A stretch of 64,000 bases of DNA from Pseudomonadota bacterium (GTDB taxonomy: Bacteria > Pseudomonadota > Alphaproteobacteria > Rhodobacterales > Rhodobacteraceae), in assembly GCA_038526275.1 (NCBI GenBank), contig JBCBGY010000001.1, forward strand, positions 16,344 to 80,343, written 5' to 3'. Below are positions 35,275 through 45,197 of this stretch, piece by piece; the stretch's first letter is position 1; each line of letters begins with the position of its first letter. Position numbers and translations under genes: made by a program. The notes beneath the pieces are model-generated. The model saw nothing but the letters and a program-made list of their open reading frames with translations. It made no database searches and had not been told where the DNA came from.

Positions 35275-38200
35275 TCAGACCGACGCCGCAGGGAAACTTA
35301 CGGTCCCGTATACATATTGGACGAGCCCAGGCGCTCCGCCGAACGCGGTTCCAGACATGATGATTGGGGCTTCGACACCGTCCTGCCCAACGAAACGGGC
35401 ATTGTAGGTATAGGCACCGTCGGACCAGGTGGCGGCGTTCAAGCGCGCAAGATCTGCGCGATCATCTGGATGGATCCGCTGTAGCAAGTCATCAAACTTC
35501 GGGTGGTTGTCCGCGTCAAAACCGAAGAACGCCGCAAGGTTATCGCTGACATACCCTTCATCGTTGGCCGCGTCATAGTAGTAAAAGCCCATAGGCACAT
35601 CCGGGCCCAAAGTTTCCCATTGCTCCCTGAGAAGTTCATGCTGGAAGTCGGCAGTGAGGTCTTTGTTGATCCCGACCAAGTGCCGGGTTTTGCCACGGCT
35701 GTCCGTCACCGAAGTGCCGTAGACTTCGATAGGTGCGATCACTCCGTCTGTGCGGCGGACACTGCCGCGAAACTGCAGGGGACGACCCCGTTCAATGCAA
35801 CCGTCAATGGCATTTTCCAGTCGTGCCCTGTCTTCTGGCAAGAACATGTCCAGCATTGTATCCAGGCCGGGGTTGGTCTCATGTCGGCCCAGTCTATGCA
35901 GGCTGAACATGCCGTCGGACCATGTCATCTTGTTCTTGTCCGCCGACAGGGTCCAATGGGCGATCCCAAAACTGTCTTCGACCAGTTTCATCCCCTGGGC
36001 CAATTCCTGCTGTGCAAAATACTCGGCAGTCCGGTCGATCTCTGACACTATGATCATCGCACCCTGAAGCGTGTCGTCTTCGCCATAAAATGGGGCGCAC
36101 CGCAGCGAGATCGTCACGCGCTCAATCTCGAAGGTAATCTCTTGCATGCGCCGAAGCCGGATCGCATCGCTGGCCAAATCCGTCAGTGACGGGAAACCGC
36201 TGGGTAGGAAGCACTGGCTGAGATGAACACGGTTTTCAATCTGGCCAGGTATCTTGAAGCGTGACTTGGCCTCTTCACTCGTGCGACGGATCTGCAGCGC
36301 GCTGTCGACCACAATGATCAATGAAGGGGCATGGCGGAGCATGGAATTCTGTTCCCGCGACAGCTCCTCCAGTTCCGATGAATTGACCAACAGTTCCTCA
36401 TTAAGTGTGATCAATTCCTCATTGGTCGATTGCAGCTCTTCGTTCGACGTCTCCAGTTCTTCGTTGGCAGCTTGCAACTCTTCGTTGGTTGACGCCATTT
36501 CTTCGTTGGCGGACTGCAGTTCTTCGTTGGTTGCCTGCAGTTCTTCGGTGGTATGTTGAAGGACTTCGCGCAATCGACTGACTTCGGCCTGCATTTGCTG
36601 TAGCACCTGTTTGTCAATGTCTTCTGCGTCGGCGAGGTCTTCCAGGTTGGTCGGCTTCTTTTCGTCTACATCGAACGTCAGCAGCACATAGCGCTCGCTG
36701 GTTTCCTTCACGTTCAGCGGCAAGGCCTCCATAGTCACCGCAATACCACTATTTCCATCGTCAATCCAATGAGTTAACCCCATGCGACGATGCCCTTTGC
36801 GCAATGCAAGAGAGCAAAGCGTCGGCGCCTCCTCTCGCAGGGGCCGCAACAAAAGGTTGAGCGTCAAGCTAAGTTGCGTCTCCTCCGAGAGTTCCACGAC
36901 GTCGCTGAAGCTGCCAAAAACGCGCAGGATGTTCATATCCGCGTCGAGCAATAAGGACCGCTCGCCATGGGCTCTGGCCAAGGCATCGAACAAATATTGC
37001 TGGCTGGAATCCTGCTCTTTCTGGCTATACCCCGTGCGCCGGATGTCGGGTTCCGACGAAAAGGCCGTGAGCTTCTTTCGTGCATCTGTTCGGCCAATGA
37101 TGCGTTTGCGGAAGATCTTATGTTCATTCGAAAGGACTTCAAAATCCGGCTGCGATGCGCCCAACTGTTCGGAGCCGCCGAGAAACAAAATGCCGTGCCG
37201 GTTCAGCGCGTAATGCACCCGGTGGAGCACACGTTCCTGCAACCGACTGTTGAAGTAGATCATAATGTTGCGCAGGCTCACCAGGTCGATATTGCTGAAC
37301 GGCGGATCCTGAAAAACGTTATGATTGGAAAAAAGGAGCGTGCCTTTCAGAGCTGGTATGGCGACAATATGATCTTCACGCCGCTGAAAATACTTATCAA
37401 CCAGGTCGTCGGGAATGTCGTTGGCTGCAGAAATCGGGAACACGCCCTTCCGGGCAATTTCCAATGCTTGGCCATCAATATCGGTGGCAAAGACTTGTAA
37501 GGCTTTTTGGTTCAGAACGTCTGGTCCACCCATCGCCTCCACGACAAGGATCGCGACGGAATATGCCTCTTCACCTGTGGCGCATCCGGCGACCCATATC
37601 CGAAAAGGGCGATCACGGACCTGTTCCACCACGCCCTGCAATTCGTCCCCCAAACGATTGAACGATGAAGGATCCCGAAAAAACCTTGTGACTGATATCA
37701 GGAGATCTTTGAAAAGAGCATCGACTTCGGCGACATTGCTTCGACAATGCTCGACGTAGTCATCATAGTCGGTGATCCCCAAGGCCACCATGCGCCGCTG
37801 GACCCGGCGATTGACGGTAGATTCCTTGTAGTCCCGGAAATCAATCCGCGTGCGCGCCAACAAGATGTGCATGAGGTCAGACATCCGGCTCGTGGCCGCA
37901 TGTATGCCCTTAAGCGTTTCCAAGTCACGGGGATACGCCAAGATCTTGCCGAGGTGCTTCCCGATTTCTTGTGGAGTTAGAACCAGATCAATACACCCAG
38001 TTGACGCCGCAGAACTGGGCATGCCGTCATACTTGGCGCTGCTGACATCCTGAGCGATGGTTATCCCACCCGCTTCCCGAATGGCCTGAATGCCCGAGCT
38101 GCCGTCATTGCCCGTACCGGACAGAACAATCCCCAAAGATTGCTCGCCACGCTCTGCGGCGAGCGCACTAAAAAGCCTGTCGGCAGATGGGCTTGGCGTG

Positions 38201-38523
38201 GCGAAACGCCCGGAAGGGGTCACAAGTCGCAGACGCCCATTTTCCAGAATTGCGTCATAGCTTGGTGGGATCACATAGATCGTGTCTGGCTCGGGCGATA
38301 CATCATTTTCAAGCTCTGCAACCGCAAGATTGGTTTCCCGTCCGATCAAAGCATGGATCATGCTTTTGTGGTTGGGCGACATATGCTGAGCGACGATATA
38401 ACTGGCCCCGGAATCCGACGGCAAAGCCCTGACCAATTGTGTCAGCGCTTCCAATCCCCCTGCGGACGAACCGATTCCGATCAGAAACCTATCGTCATTG
38501 CCTTTGCTCGAATCGTCTTTCAT
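35275..38523 (-). CDS. CheB methylesterase-CheR methyltransferase-coiled coil-PAS hybrid
   Basis: CheB triad GSSAGG/QHM/SGTGNDG; CheR ISVTRFFRD, AGCATGEEAYS, ATDID, RNIMIYF; EELQSxNEE heptads; C-terminal PAS/PAC-like repeats. Confidence 0.9.
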   Translation of the reverse strand: MKDDSSKGNDDRFLIGIGSSAGGLEALTQLVRALPSDSGASYIVAQHMSPNHKSMIHALIGRETNLAVAELENDVSPEPDTIYVIPPSYDAILENGRLRLVTPSGRFATPSPSADRLFSALAAERGEQSLGIVLSGTGNDGSSGIQAIREAGGITIAQDVSSAKYDGMPSSAASTGCIDLVLTPQEIGKHLGKILAYPRDLETLKGIHAATSRMSDLMHILLARTRIDFRDYKESTVNRRVQRRMVALGITDYDDYVEHCRSNVAEVDALFKDLLISVTRFFRDPSSFNRLGDELQGVVEQVRDRPFRIWVAGCATGEEAYSVAILVVEAMGGPDVLNQKALQVFATDIDGQALEIARKGVFPISAANDIPDDLVDKYFQRREDHIVAIPALKGTLLFSNHNVFQDPPFSNIDLVSLRNIMIYFNSRLQERVLHRVHYALNRHGILFLGGSEQLGASQPDFEVLSNEHKIFRKRIIGRTDARKKLTAFSSEPDIRRTGYSQKEQDSSQQYLFDALARAHGERSLLLDADMNILRVFGSFSDVVELSEETQLSLTLNLLLRPLREEAPTLCSLALRKGHRRMGLTHWIDDGNSGIAVTMEALPLNVKETSERYVLLTFDVDEKKPTNLEDLADAEDIDKQVLQQMQAEVSRLREVLQHTTEELQATNEELQSANEEMASTNEELQAANEELETSNEELQSTNEELITLNEELLVNSSELEELSREQNSMLRHAPSLIIVVDSALQIRRTSEEAKSRFKIPGQIENRVHLSQCFLPSGFPSLTDLASDAIRLRRMQEITFEIERVTISLRCAPFYGEDDTLQGAMIIVSEIDRTAEYFAQQELAQGMKLVEDSFGIAHWTLSADKNKMTWSDGMFSLHRLGRHETNPGLDTMLDMFLPEDRARLENAIDGCIERGRPLQFRGSVRRTDGVIAPIEVYGTSVTDSRGKTRHLVGINKDLTADFQHELLREQWETLGPDVPMGFYYYDAANDEGYVSDNLAAFFGFDADNHPKFDDLLQRIHPDDRADLARLNAATWSDGAYTYNARFVGQDGVEAPIIMSGTAFGGAPGLVQYVYGTVSFPAASV
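36411..36560 (-). repeat. 21-nt (heptad) coding repeat forming the CheBR coiled coil
   Basis: EELQATN-EELQSAN-EEMASTN-EELQAAN-EELETSN-EELQSTN-EELITLN. Confidence 0.85.
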
Positions 38524-38744
38524 TCGCTGGACCGGTCGGACTGAAGTCCGCAGTGCCGACCGATTGCGGAAAGGACACAGCCTGCGGCTGCCTGCAAGCG
38601 TGGCATTTGCCCATTCGACCCCACACCCGTCTCCGTAAACAGAACCCTAACGTTTGATCACCGAATTAGGGGAAGAAGACTTAACAAAAGGTAAACTTGG
38701 TGGGGACTTGGATCATCAGGCGAGGCTTGGCCGAAAACCGACAC

Positions 38745-39503
38745 CTATTCAGCTGCGTGCACGGCGACCGTCCTTGGGCCCGAAACAGCTTCTTGCGCGC
38801 GCCCAAAGGTACGAAAATCATCCGCCAGCTTGCGGCGCAAGGCTGCGGTGATGTCAGACGGAAGGTGCAAGTCGGGAGATTCAGAAGCACCGCTCCGGGC
38901 ATCGAAGCCCAACTGCAGTTTCGCCCGTTGTACGATGTCCGCGGCCCATTGAATGCGACTGGAACGATACATCGCCTTCGGCGATACATTGGTGACGGGT
39001 AAGTGCAATGGAACACCCAACGTGCGGGAAAGGTGCGTGACAAGCAGGTCAACCTGCTCATAGGGCACGATCCAGTCGACACCGTTTTGTCCCTCGCTAT
39101 TGCGCACGAAGTCGAACTGCGTACCACCAGGGTCCGCGTAGGCTGGCGGACGCGGAGACAGGTAGGCGCGCACAAAATCGGGGAAAGAAATTCCGCCGGT
39201 ACTGTTCCGAGCCTCCGCCGTTCTCACTGAGCGCAAATCGGACCGCGCCCGAAAACGATACCAGCTATAAAGCCACGCTGTTGGCTCCCGCATCAGGCAA
39301 ATCGTTTGGAACGATGTTTGTGGGCAGGTCTCTCGGAGATATGGTTTGATGAAAGCCTCGAACTGCCGGAAGTTCGTATGCCTTACCTGCGGTGGACCAG
39401 ACAAAGACAAGTCCATGTGCGGCCGGAGCATTGTCTCCAATGCTGTTGATGCACATTTCGGGGTCAATAGCAGAACAATGCCATGGCGCGCGCTGATCAG
39501 CAA
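38745..39503 (-). CDS. Sulfotransferase-like P-loop protein
   Basis: TPKCASTALE (5'-PSB-like) and MREPTAWLYSWY (3'-PB-like); TTG start. Confidence 0.6.
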   Translation of the reverse strand: MLISARHGIVLLLTPKCASTALETMLRPHMDLSLSGPPQVRHTNFRQFEAFIKPYLRETCPQTSFQTICLMREPTAWLYSWYRFRARSDLRSVRTAEARNSTGGISFPDFVRAYLSPRPPAYADPGGTQFDFVRNSEGQNGVDWIVPYEQVDLLVTHLSRTLGVPLHLPVTNVSPKAMYRSSRIQWAADIVQRAKLQLGFDARSGASESPDLHLPSDITAALRRKLADDFRTFGRAQEAVSGPRTVAVHAAE

Positions 39504-39796
39504 AGTGCGAATCTCCCGGCGAATATGGCGTTAGCCGCCGATCCAAAAATACCGTCTCACTCCAGCAAGTGCCACCTGAGCCACGATGAGCCTGCTTGAA
39601 AGGTATTTTCATGCCGAACGCTGGGCCGCAGACGATCCAAATCTCGCCAAAAGCCTGAAGATTGCCCAAATTCAAACCGTTGCGCCGTGAAATGGGGCTG
39701 AGTTGTACCGTTGCCGTCGGCCGCAATTCAGCAAGATTTGTCCGATCCTTCTGGGTCATACCGAAACCCGTGCAACACAGATCAAACCAAAGAGCC

Positions 39797-40630
39797 ATGA
39801 CAAGTTACGAAGAACGAATAGTCCGCGTTATCAGTTACATCTATGACAATCCCGCCGGGGATTTGTCACTCGACCGGTTGGCCGAAGTGGCAGCCATGTC
39901 ACGGTTTCATTGGCACAGAGTGTTTCATGGGATGACTGGGCAAACCTGCGCGCAGGCCACCCGGCGCATCCGCCTTCATCGCGGTGCCTGCCATCTGGTG
40001 CAATCCGACGACAAAGTGGCTGAGATTGCCAAATGCTGCGGCTATGAAAACAGTCAAAGCTTCGTTCGGGCCTTCCGCGACGAATATGGCATGACCCCTG
40101 CGGCCTTTCGGGCCCGGGGGGCGTTGCCAAAAAAAGAGTCTCCAAATCAGCAAGGAAATCAGCAAATGTTCCCCGTGGAAATCCTGGAACAGCCGGCCCG
40201 CCGCCTGGCCGCGTTGCCCCACCAAGGCACTTACATGACCATTGGCAAGAAGTTTGAAACGCTTGGCACAATCATCTCCAGTCGAAATTTGTGGCATCAT
40301 GCCAATGGCATGGTTGGGGTCTATTGGGACGATCCCGATGCGGTGGCCGAAGACCAGTTGCGCAGTCATGCCGGCGCCGCCGTTGACGAAGCGATGGACA
40401 TCGCGGAACCGCTGACCGAGCTTCGGCTGAAAGGGGGCCGCTACGCCGTGATGCATTACAAGGGCCATTATTCCGGCCTGAAGAGCGCCTATCAGTACAT
40501 GTACGGTACATGGTTGCCGCAATCGGGCGCAGAGCTTGGCGACCAACCCCCGATCGAAGTGTATCTCAATTCCCCGGCAGATACCGCCCCCGACGATCTG
40601 CTAACGGAGGTCTGCGTTTCCGTCACATAG
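39797..40630 (+). CDS. AraC family regulator with GyrI-like effector domain
   Basis: LAEVAAMSRFHWHRVF, RRIRLHR, GYENSQSFVRAFR; C-terminal HYKGHY..YQYMYGTWLPQSG. Confidence 0.92.
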   Translation: MTSYEERIVRVISYIYDNPAGDLSLDRLAEVAAMSRFHWHRVFHGMTGQTCAQATRRIRLHRGACHLVQSDDKVAEIAKCCGYENSQSFVRAFRDEYGMTPAAFRARGALPKKESPNQQGNQQMFPVEILEQPARRLAALPHQGTYMTIGKKFETLGTIISSRNLWHHANGMVGVYWDDPDAVAEDQLRSHAGAAVDEAMDIAEPLTELRLKGGRYAVMHYKGHYSGLKSAYQYMYGTWLPQSGAELGDQPPIEVYLNSPADTAPDDLLTEVCVSVT

Positions 40631-40672
40631 AGGAATAGTTTTGGGGCTCTTACGGGGGCGCCGGGAACGGCA

Positions 40673-41374
40673 TCACGTCTCCACCTCCACGCAAGGCGGT
40701 AGCGCCGCATCGTAGCGCGCGAGGCCTTCTCGACCGGCGTCTGTCAACGCGTAGACGCCGCGGCTGACCCGGTCGAACCAACCATAGTGATCCGCCGCCA
40801 TGATTCGAGTGGCCGCCGCAACGCCGGTTGCCTTGGCGATCACGGCTCCGCGCGATGGTCCTTCTGCGGCCAAAAATGCCGCACATCGCAAGGCGTCTTG
40901 GCGATAGGCCGTGACCAGGCCGGATCGCGTTGCGCCGCCCTGGTTAGGGTCGCCTTCTCGGCGGGCAAACTCCCTCAGCAAACGGCTGCGGCGGACCTTC
41001 GACTGGCGCGGCCGAAAGGGTGCCGGATCGCAATGAACCTCAACCAACCCATCGGACAGCCGGACGGTGATCAGCCCAAGGCCGAGACGGCGCGCCAGCG
41101 CCCCGTTGTCCTTCAAGGCCTTCAGAAAGGGCCGCCCTCGCCCACGGGGCACAGCAACGTAGACCCAATCGGTGATTGCCTGTCGCGCGATAGCTTGGTG
41201 AAAAAGCGACAGGGCAAAACCGGTCTTGAGTTCCACAATGACCGGATCATCGTTGTCCCGGCAGGCCACCACGTCTGCCGCACCAACCTCTGCTTTGACC
41301 TCATAGCCTTGTCTTTCGAGGAAGGCTTTGACCGGCGGATAGAGGTCGGTTTCGCGGGGTTTTGCAGACGCCAT
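40673..41374 (-). CDS. DUF2161 family putative PD-(D/E)XK protein
   Basis: ETDLYPPVKAFLE.QGYEVKAEV...DVVA...VIVELK; VTAYRQDAL; C-terminal HTH-like NHYGWF-type segment. Confidence 0.8.
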   Translation of the reverse strand: MASAKPRETDLYPPVKAFLERQGYEVKAEVGAADVVACRDNDDPVIVELKTGFALSLFHQAIARQAITDWVYVAVPRGRGRPFLKALKDNGALARRLGLGLITVRLSDGLVEVHCDPAPFRPRQSKVRRSRLLREFARREGDPNQGGATRSGLVTAYRQDALRCAAFLAAEGPSRGAVIAKATGVAAATRIMAADHYGWFDRVSRGVYALTDAGREGLARYDAALPPCVEVET

Positions 41375-41397
41375 GCCCCGTCATAGCGTGGTCGGGG

Positions 41398-42354
41398 TCA
41401 CGCGCCAATCAACTCCGACTGGGCCACGATCACCTCTGCCTGCTTGATCGACGCGATATCGACCAGGCGCCCCTTGTAAACCGTCGCTCCCGCGCCGTCG
41501 GCTTTCGCTTTTTCCATGGCCGCGAGGATCTCACGGGCTTCGGTCACGGCCTCTTCGGACGGGGTGAACACTTCGTTGGCCAGGGCCACCTGTTTTGGAT
41601 GGATCGCCCATTTGCCGACCATGCCAAGGGTGGCAGAACGCCGGGCCTGTGCGCGGAAACCTTCATCATCGCTGAAATCTCCGAATGGGCCATCCACTGG
41701 AAGCACACCATGGGTCCGGCACGCGGCCACAATCGCAGCTTGGGCCCAGTGCCAGGGGTCAGACCAGTATTGCTGATCGCCACGCTGCATATAGTAGTGT
41801 TCCTGCGTCCCGCCGATGCCGGTGGTCTGCATCCCCATAGAGGCCGCAAAGTCCGCCGCGCCAAGGCTCATGGCCTGCAAACGCGGCGAGGCCGACGCAA
41901 TCTCCTCCACATGGGCAATGCCCGCCGCACTTTCGATAATCACCTCAAAACTGATCGGTTTGGTGCGACCCTTTGCAGCCTCAATCGCTGTGACCAACGC
42001 ATCGACGGCATAAAGATCACCTGCACACCCCACCTTCGGGATCATGATCTGATCCAAACGGTCGCTGGCCTGTTCCAGCAGGTCCACCACATCCCGGTAC
42101 CAGTAGGGCGTATCCAGCCCGTTGATACGCACGCTCAGCGTTTTGGCACCCCAATCCACGTCGCCAATCGCTTCGATGATGTTGGCGCGGGCCTGGGGTT
42201 TGTCATCGGGCGCGACGCTGTCTTCCAGATCCAAGTTGATCACATCCGCAGCACTCGCCGCCATCTTCTCAAACAGGGCCGTTCGCGAGCCGGGCCCAAA
42301 AAGCTGGCAACGGTTCGGGCGGGCGGGCGCAGGAGGTTGGAGGCGAAAGCTCAT
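41398..42354 (-). CDS. mcl1: L-malyl-CoA/beta-methylmalyl-CoA lyase
   Basis: MSFRLQP..PARPNRCQLFGPGS..DLEDSVAPDDK..VRINGLDTP..GAADFAASMG..DGPFGDF..GKWAIHP, close to Rhodobacter Mcl1. Confidence 0.9.
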   Translation of the reverse strand: MSFRLQPPAPARPNRCQLFGPGSRTALFEKMAASAADVINLDLEDSVAPDDKPQARANIIEAIGDVDWGAKTLSVRINGLDTPYWYRDVVDLLEQASDRLDQIMIPKVGCAGDLYAVDALVTAIEAAKGRTKPISFEVIIESAAGIAHVEEIASASPRLQAMSLGAADFAASMGMQTTGIGGTQEHYYMQRGDQQYWSDPWHWAQAAIVAACRTHGVLPVDGPFGDFSDDEGFRAQARRSATLGMVGKWAIHPKQVALANEVFTPSEEAVTEAREILAAMEKAKADGAGATVYKGRLVDIASIKQAEVIVAQSELIGA

Positions 42355-42466
42355 GAATTCTTCCGGTACGTATGTTACAAAAATCTCAATCTTGGAGATA
42401 TATAATTACGTGAGCGCCGACAAGGCTGATTTTGCAATTGCAGAAAAATTGACCTACTTTGGGCCC

Positions 42467-42898
42467 ATGTCGTCGTCGCAGGATACCGGTCCATCAAAAG
42501 GTGTAGCCCGTACCAATGGCGGAATTCTTAAGGCAGTACTGATCTGCAAAATCGCATTAACTCTGCTGTTTTGGGCGCTGCCGCTGCTGGTGTTTCCGAG
42601 CACTTTGCTGGGATTCTTCATTACGCCGCTGCCGGAACCATTGATCTACCTGCGGCTCCTGGGTTTGGCATATCTGGCCCTGACAGTGGCCTATATCGGC
42701 GGTCTGGTTGAGGCTTTTCGGGGTGGGTTCCCAATGACGACAGTGCTGATGGGTTTGGTCAGCAATGGAGGCGCAGCCATATTGCTGCTCGTCTATCTTC
42801 TGTCAGAAGCCGTTCAACCTGTGCTGTGGGTCAGTTGGGTGGTCGTCACCTTAATCACGTGCGGCCTTTTGCACGTGCTTTTCAATCGGCGGGGCTAA
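42467..42898 (+). CDS. Hypothetical four-helix membrane protein
   Basis: Four hydrophobic segments; start placed at ATG 42467. Confidence 0.55.
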   Translation: MSSSQDTGPSKGVARTNGGILKAVLICKIALTLLFWALPLLVFPSTLLGFFITPLPEPLIYLRLLGLAYLALTVAYIGGLVEAFRGGFPMTTVLMGLVSNGGAAILLLVYLLSEAVQPVLWVSWVVVTLITCGLLHVLFNRRG

Positions 42899-43515
42899 GC
42901 CACGGCACTGTTCATAGCCGCATCAAATGCCTGAACAATGTCGCGGGCCCGAACCGCCACATCGGACGGGGCCATGCCAGGCGCGTAAAGCGCTGAACCG
43001 ATGCCGAACCCATCGGCACTGGCCTTGACCCAATCGCCAAAGTTGGCCGGGCCAGCCCCGCCCACCGCATAAACCTGCGTGCCCTCTGGCAGAACCGCAC
43101 GTAACGCCTGCAAACCGCCGGGGCCAGCCATGCTGCCGGGAAAGAGCTTCAGACCATCGGCCCCTGCAGCCAACGCCGTGAAGGCTTCGGTTGGCGTGAA
43201 GATCCCGGGCCAGCTTTCAAGGCCCAGCGCCTTGGTTGCGCGAATAACCTCCGGCACGCAATTGGGCGAGACGATCAACTGCCCGCCCGACTGGTAGACA
43301 TGGGCCACTTGTTCTGCCGTCAGCACCGTGCCCGCACCGATCTGCGCGGTGTCTCCAAAGGCCTTCACTATGGCCTCGATGCTATCGAGCGGATCCGGCG
43401 AGTTTAGCGGCACCTCGATCCGCGTGATCCCGGCTCTGATCAAGGCCTCGGCCACAGGCAGCGCGTCGGCTGGGGTGATGCCCCGAAGGATGGCAATCAG
43501 GGCACGGTGGCTCAT
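42895..43515 (-). CDS. dgoA: 2-dehydro-3-deoxy-6-phosphogalactonate aldolase
   Basis: [34 protein letters not shown]. Confidence 0.92.
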   Translation of the reverse strand: MSHRALIAILRGITPADALPVAEALIRAGITRIEVPLNSPDPLDSIEAIVKAFGDTAQIGAGTVLTAEQVAHVYQSGGQLIVSPNCVPEVIRATKALGLESWPGIFTPTEAFTALAAGADGLKLFPGSMAGPGGLQALRAVLPEGTQVYAVGGAGPANFGDWVKASADGFGIGSALYAPGMAPSDVAVRARDIVQAFDAAMNSAVA

Positions 43516-44423
43516 TCCGTGGTCTCCGTCATCAGGGCGCGGGCCTTGATCAGGCCCCGAATGGTCATCGCCTCAGCATCAGCAATCGTCGCTTGGACGC
43601 CTTGCAGCCCCAGGGCCGCGGCATAGTGATCGGCGATGGATCTGGCACCAATCAGAGCAACCTCTTGACCCAGCCAATAGGGGCGCGCCGCGGCCAATTC
43701 GGCCCCGATCAGGCAACCGGACAGGCGGGACGCCGCAGCGGTCGGCGCGAGATCGTTCAGCAACGCCTCTGCGCGCAAGCCAAACAGGCGTGCGGCAATC
43801 TTTTCTGGCCGCGACAAGGCATCAGACACACCGTCCGCGAAAGCCACCGCATCCCACCCATCTGTCGCCATCGAAAAGCGCAAGACCGTGTGGTGGGCGA
43901 GTGCAGCATAAAGCTCACCCGTCATAAAGGTTTGAAAACTTACGATTTCGCCAGCGCTAACGTGGACCCACTTGGAATGGCTGCCCGGCAAGCAGATCAC
44001 CCCGTCAAAATTGGGGTTCAGCGCCAGAAAGCCCGCGATCTGCGTTTCCTCGCCGCGCATGACGTCCGCCGGTTGGGTCTGCTTCACCCCCCCGATCACA
44101 CGCACCAGAAGCCGAGGATCGCGGCAGGGCGCCAACGTTAACGTCCCATCGTCCAATGGCGGGCAGGGCACAGCGCGGTAAGCCGCTTCAACCCAACCCT
44201 GACGGGCGCCCACCATGCCACAGGCAATAACCATGGTCTGAGAGGAGCCGATCCCGTCGCCGACCAGATCCAGAAGCGCTGATTCAAAGGCATCTGCCGC
44301 CAAGGTCGCCATGCCCTGTTCCGACGAACGCTGCCACAGAACAGTGTTCGAGGCAGAAAGCCCCCAAACCCGCAGGCGCGAGGTGCCCCAATCGACGGCG
44401 ATCCAGTGGGCCTGTTCAGTCAT
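43512..44423 (-). CDS. dgoK: 2-dehydro-3-deoxygalactonokinase
   Basis: [45 protein letters not shown]. Confidence 0.92.
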   Translation of the reverse strand: MTEQAHWIAVDWGTSRLRVWGLSASNTVLWQRSSEQGMATLAADAFESALLDLVGDGIGSSQTMVIACGMVGARQGWVEAAYRAVPCPPLDDGTLTLAPCRDPRLLVRVIGGVKQTQPADVMRGEETQIAGFLALNPNFDGVICLPGSHSKWVHVSAGEIVSFQTFMTGELYAALAHHTVLRFSMATDGWDAVAFADGVSDALSRPEKIAARLFGLRAEALLNDLAPTAAASRLSGCLIGAELAAARPYWLGQEVALIGARSIADHYAAALGLQGVQATIADAEAMTIRGLIKARALMTETTE

Positions 44424-45184
44424 CCTGTAACGACCACCCCGCCATCAATCACCATGGCCTGGCCCGTCATCATCCGGCTGGTATCTGACGCCAGGAACAG
44501 CACGCCACCGACGATGTCTTCAGGTTTCAGATGCTCCTTCAGGCAGGCGCGCTGCAGATGGGCCGCCAGAGCTTCGGGCGTGGCCCATTTATCCATCTGA
44601 CGGTCGGTCAGGACCCAGCCGGGCATGATCGCATTGGCCCGGATGCGCTCAGGGCCAAATTCACGGGCAAAGCTGCGGGTCATCCCATTGATCCCGGCAT
44701 TGGCCGAGGTGTAGGCCGGGTAATCGCCCATACCCATCATGTAGCTGATCGACGAGAAGTTGATGATCGAACCGCCCCCAGCTTTGCGCATGTCGGGGAT
44801 AACGGCCTGCGAGGCGAAGAAGTAGGCCTTCAGATTGATGGCCTGAGCCCAATCCCAAAAGGCTTCATCAACCTCTTCAGTCCTGTGGCGGTCGTCATTG
44901 GCTGCATTATTGACCAACACAGTAATCGGCCCATGGGCCTCACCAGCTTTCGCAACCGCATCTTTCAAAGCGGCGATGTCGGTGATGTCGCACGGCAGAA
45001 ATAGGGGGCGGTTGCCCGTCTCATCGGCCATCCTGTCACAAAATGCGGTGGCATCAGACCGCTGGACAAACGCAACCTGGGCACCCTGGCGCAGAAACCC
45101 TTCGGTCAAGGCCGCGCCGATGCCGGAACCACCACCAGTGATGAACACGGATTTCCCTGCCAGATCTGAAAAGGTGGCGGTCAT
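44420..45184 (-). CDS. SDR oxidoreductase, probable D-galactose 1-dehydrogenase
   Basis: TGGGSGIG, NNAANDDRH, YTSANAG; operon context. Confidence 0.75.
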   Translation of the reverse strand: MTATFSDLAGKSVFITGGGSGIGAALTEGFLRQGAQVAFVQRSDATAFCDRMADETGNRPLFLPCDITDIAALKDAVAKAGEAHGPITVLVNNAANDDRHRTEEVDEAFWDWAQAINLKAYFFASQAVIPDMRKAGGGSIINFSSISYMMGMGDYPAYTSANAGINGMTRSFAREFGPERIRANAIMPGWVLTDRQMDKWATPEALAAHLQRACLKEHLKPEDIVGGVLFLASDTSRMMTGQAMVIDGGVVVTG

Positions 45185-45197
45185 CAGGCTTTCCTTG

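Noticed and set aside
36411-36560. Regular 21-nt periodicity as a possible CRISPR or VNTR
   Set aside because: In-frame heptad coiled coil of the CheBR protein; no spacers and no cas genes
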